From positions 25,537,821 to 25,601,820 of the forward strand of contig NC_092379.1 in the NCBI RefSeq assembly GCF_030028105.1: 64,000 nt of DNA. Direction: 5' to 3'. Below are positions 60,577 through 64,000 of the stretch, piece by piece (position 1 is the first letter of the stretch; every line of letters begins with the position of its first letter). This stretch comes from Mobula birostris (Eukaryota). A program made the position numbers and the translations under genes. The notes under the pieces were generated by a model. The model worked only from the letters and a program-made list of their open reading frames with translations, was not told where the DNA came from and did not search any database.

Positions 60577-63479
60577 TGTTATGGTCCCGTACGGCAACGC
60601 TCCTTCTTGCTATTATCTCCTTGATGAGGTCTTAATCCCCTCGTCTGATTTCTAATTTTTCCCAGTTTTAATTAATTACAGCACACCTTCTTTCCATCAG
60701 CGAACTGAGGATCAGAACTCTGGCATCACTGTCATGCTTCGCCAGTTTGTTAATCTATTCTAACTGTGTAAACCTCGTTTCCTGATTCCTCAGGACTGTC
60801 AGTTCTAAGCCCCTCACCATTCCCTGGATAATCTTCGTAAACATTTGTCTCCGTCTAAAGGTTCTCCTGAATACCTGTTCCACGTTCGCAGATGCGCTAA
60901 CGCTTCACGACCCTATCCCCATGCCTGTGTCCTGCTCTTGTGTTCGTCCGCAGCCACGTCCTTGCAACAGAACTAACTAGGCAGATTGAACCCAGCGGAC
61001 ACGGACCCCGTACGACAGGCCCTAGCGAGCCAGGGCTACCTACTGGGCGCCCACGACCAACTGCTCAGAGGGGTCAGGGAAAAAACTTTGTACGCTGTCT
61101 ACGAATGTAAGGAAGGTCAGTCAGAAGGTTGACCGACTCTCCGCATCCCTTACCCCGTCCTTTCCAAGTATAACGCTCCGCTATATTTGCTCGAATATGT
61201 CTAGGAGAAATCCCGCCCTGCACCGGCCTGTACTCTGCCCGCTAGGTTGGTTGCTGTACCAATGCCACCCGAATCAGACCAAAACATCAATCGTCAGCCA
61301 ACACACACAGTACGTTTAACCAAGTACACTTTATAGATATTACTAAGTCTATAAAATTAATATAAGGTCGATACAGAAAAATAAGTAATGGGGGGGGGCG
61401 GGTGGAAAGCGCCAGACTTATCAAAGTTCAGCCTCTTCGTGCACAATTTAGAGCTCATAAATTCTTGGCGACCACCCGGACCCTGTCGCTTCACGGCTAG
61501 GACCACCCGGAGTGATCGACCGGACCCTGTCTGCCGTCCCCTCCGTCTCTCCTCCGACTCCCCGCTAAAAAATCCCATTATCAGTCATATGAGACGGCAT
61601 TATCACCCCGAGAAATGATAACATGATTATCCATTGGCTAATAGCAGACTGCTATCTGTATTAACCCAAGCAAATTTTTAGCTAGAGACTTTCTCAGCAT
61701 TTAACACAACATAGAAGCCATTTTAATCCACTTATGCAGCAATTTAAAAGATTAACATAACAAAGAAGCCATTTTAAATTTAACATACAAAGAAGATATC
61801 CCGTACACAAGCACCCCGTCTGACCAAACCAAGCTGTGTCCTGGGATGTCTACGCCCCTTGGTTCCGCAAACAATCTCCTCGAGAGCCGTACCTACCCGA
61901 AATTGAACCATACGCTCCGGACCTAGGGAAGTGCCGGGCCATTTATTACAATGCTCTTTGGTCTTTGAGAAACAGCCACGTACGTACCCCTCTGACAGAT
62001 CAAAAAATGCGCACAGCATGGAGTTATTACGAGGGGATGCCTTGGAATGGGCCACCGCGATCTGGGACAACGGAGCAGAGGTCTGTTCCTCCTTCTCCTC
62101 CTTCGACTCTGAAATGATTAATGTCTTTGAACAGCCCATTCGCTGTAAGGACGCCGCAAAGTGCTTGCTAACCCTCTGTCAGTGTTCACAAGGCGTAGCA
62201 ACATACTCCATCGAGATCCGAACATTAGCAGCCATCTCTGGGTGGAATGATGAAGCAATACGGTAGGTATTACAGCAGGGCCTCTCAGATAAGATAAAAA
62301 AATGAATTGGCAGCGGGCAATGACGCGGACAGCCCGGTCTCTCTGATGTCTCTAGCCAGCACGCTAGATAATCTACTTCAAGAGCTTCTGAGAGAAAAGA
62401 CCAGCCGCCCCAGTCCTCGGGTCAGCCCACGGCCCATCTTACCATCTACAGCCAGCCTCCCTTCCCCGGCATCTCCAAGTACAGCTCCTGCTCCGACCGT
62501 CCCCACTACCCTGGGGGAGGAACCGAGGCATCTGGGTCAGAACTGGCTCTCCCTTGCCGAGCGATTCTGAGGCGGAGAGCTGGGGATTGTGACTTTTGCG
62601 GCCACCCTGGACATTTCCGGGTTACCTGTCCTCTCCGAAAAAAAAGAAGGCTCACCAGTGGAAAGGGGGTCCCTGGTGAGCCCGACGGCACTCCCGTCTG
62701 TCCCCCAGACCTGGCTGCAGATCCCGGCTACCGTGAACTATCAACGACAGTCCCTTTCCCTATACACAATTGTGGATTCCGGTGCCGAGGTAAATCTGCT
62801 AGACGGCGGCATAGCGTCTCGGGTCGGAATACCTCGGGAGCCGTTAATTACCCCTCTGGAAGCACGGCCGCTGTAAGGAAAACTGTTGACTCGGTTACCC
62901 ACTGTAGGTCATCCCAACCTCCATTCTGGCCTGTAACCATCGAGAGGACGTACGTTTTAATCTCACCCGTTATCCTCAAACTTCTGTAGTTCTAAGATTT
63001 CCCTGGCTGAACCGCCACACCCCTTACTCAACTGGTCCACTGGGAGGATAACCAGTTGGAGCTCCTTTTGTCCCATCACCTGTCTGCAGTCGGCTCCATC
63101 CCCTAGGGAGACTTCCACCATCAAGCTTGTCTTGGAACCACTCGACTTCTCCGGAGTTCCTGCAGAATACCATGACCTAGGAGAGGCATTCAACAAACAA
63201 CAGGCTCTTTCCCTGCCTTATCACCGCCCGTATGATTAAGCTATCGACTTTCTCCCCGCGACCTCGCTACCCACCAATCGTCTTTATAACTTGTCCTGAC
63301 CGGAGAGAGAGGCCATGGAGAAACACATTAGTGTGCCCCTCGCAGCGGGCATTATGCGACACTCATCCTTCCCGGTGGGAGCTTTTTCTTCTTTGTAGGG
63401 AAAAATGATGGGCCTCTTCGACCCTTTATTGATTACCGATGCCTATATAATTTAACGGTTAAACTAAATACCCACTACC
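60577..63479 (+). mobile_element. Tf1/sushi-type (PEG10/RTL1-like gag) LTR retrotransposon: 5' LTR 60577-60969, gag, protease, start of RT; decayed
   Basis: LTR TGTTATGG...TTGCAACA. Gag LLRGDALEWATAIW..EIRTLAAISGWNDEA. CX2CX4HX4C knuckle CDFCGHPGHFRVTC near 62590-62630. Protease IVDSGAEVNLLD. Confidence 0.88.
61255..61807. mobile_element. Probable solo LTR of another family inserted in the gag region
   Basis: TGT...ACA ends, and gag coding resumes after it. No clear target-site duplication. Confidence 0.45.
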
Positions 63480-64000
63480 TGTCACAATGGGGTTTTGGGA
63501 ACGGACGCAAGTGCGAGACACAGACAGTGAAGTGCGAGGAACAGGTCTTGACTAGAGTAAGGACGTGACGGGATACAAACAAGTAGCAGGGACCAGAACA
63601 CAGACTTCGGCTAGGGCATGGACAAGACAGGGAACCCAGACAAGGAACTATGCACTAGGAGCCTGGGCTTGTGCTCTGAGCCAGAGACTGGACAAGGACC
63701 CAGAACCTGCGTATTGCTTCGGGCTCGGGCTCTTAACCAGGCAAGGACATGACATGACTAAGGGACAGAACGTGACTGAGGTCTAGAGGCTAGGGATCTT
63801 CGTGGTTTGGGTCCTGCTCCTGAGGCTTGAGGGATGGCTTGGGTTCTTGGAGGAACTCCTGGGCAGGACACTGAGACTTGGATGCCGCCAGGGACAGGAC
63901 ATGACTTGGTACTTAGATGCCGCCAGGGACTGGGCTTGACTTGGTACTTGGATGCCACCAGGTAATGGCGAGCTCTGGACTCGGCCCGGGCACGGTAGAT
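63480..64000 (-). mobile_element. LTR (same family as 27159-28309) inserted into the sushi RT; runs off the window
   Basis: TGTCACAATG..GACACAGACAGTGAAG..GACTAGAG matches 27159-27240. Confidence 0.78.

Noticed and set aside
1-64000. IgH-like V (TAILV or trans-rearranging IgHV), D, J or C exons
   Set aside because: I saw no IgH-type frameworks, no 12-RSS-flanked FGxG segment and no C1-type exon. A by-eye scan could miss short D segments.
1-64000. CRISPR arrays, rRNA/tRNA genes or prokaryotic systems
   Set aside because: The sequence is vertebrate and repeat-rich. The tandem repeats lack unique spacers, and I recognised no structural RNA gene.

Overview
Eukaryotic DNA from an antigen-receptor locus, most likely the T-cell receptor alpha/delta V region of a cartilaginous fish (the repeat families suggest a ray; this is an inference). 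I find five TCR V-type cassettes, all on the minus strand. Two are intact, each with a 46-nt leader exon, an intron, a V exon and a 23-bp-spacer RSS: V1 at 12136-13063 and V4 at 59166-60165. Three are pseudogenes: V2 (29957-34096, split by a 3.3-kb CR1 LINE), V3 (50780-51081, two stop codons, leader deleted) and an eroded remnant near 23.9-24.15 kb. I saw no D, J or C segments. Most of the rest is layered, decayed retroelements (CR1, L2/Rex1-like, L1, Penelope-like, Gypsy and Tf1/sushi-type LTR elements). Positions ~1-20.5 kb and ~40.4-53.1 kb are two copies of an old segmental duplication. The most interesting observations: (1) a motif AGACC-N11-CA(G/A)CTG beyond the RSS nonamer of all five cassettes, exactly 19 bp from it in four; (2) a shared non-canonical nonamer ACAATAACT; (3) a near-full-length CR1 inserted ~44 bp upstream of the V1 ATG, displacing its native promoter by 4.5 kb; (4) an unusually long germline CDR3 tail on V4; (5) a miniature LTR element with a Tf1-like self-priming signature. 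All alignments and translations were done by eye, and repeat boundaries are approximate.
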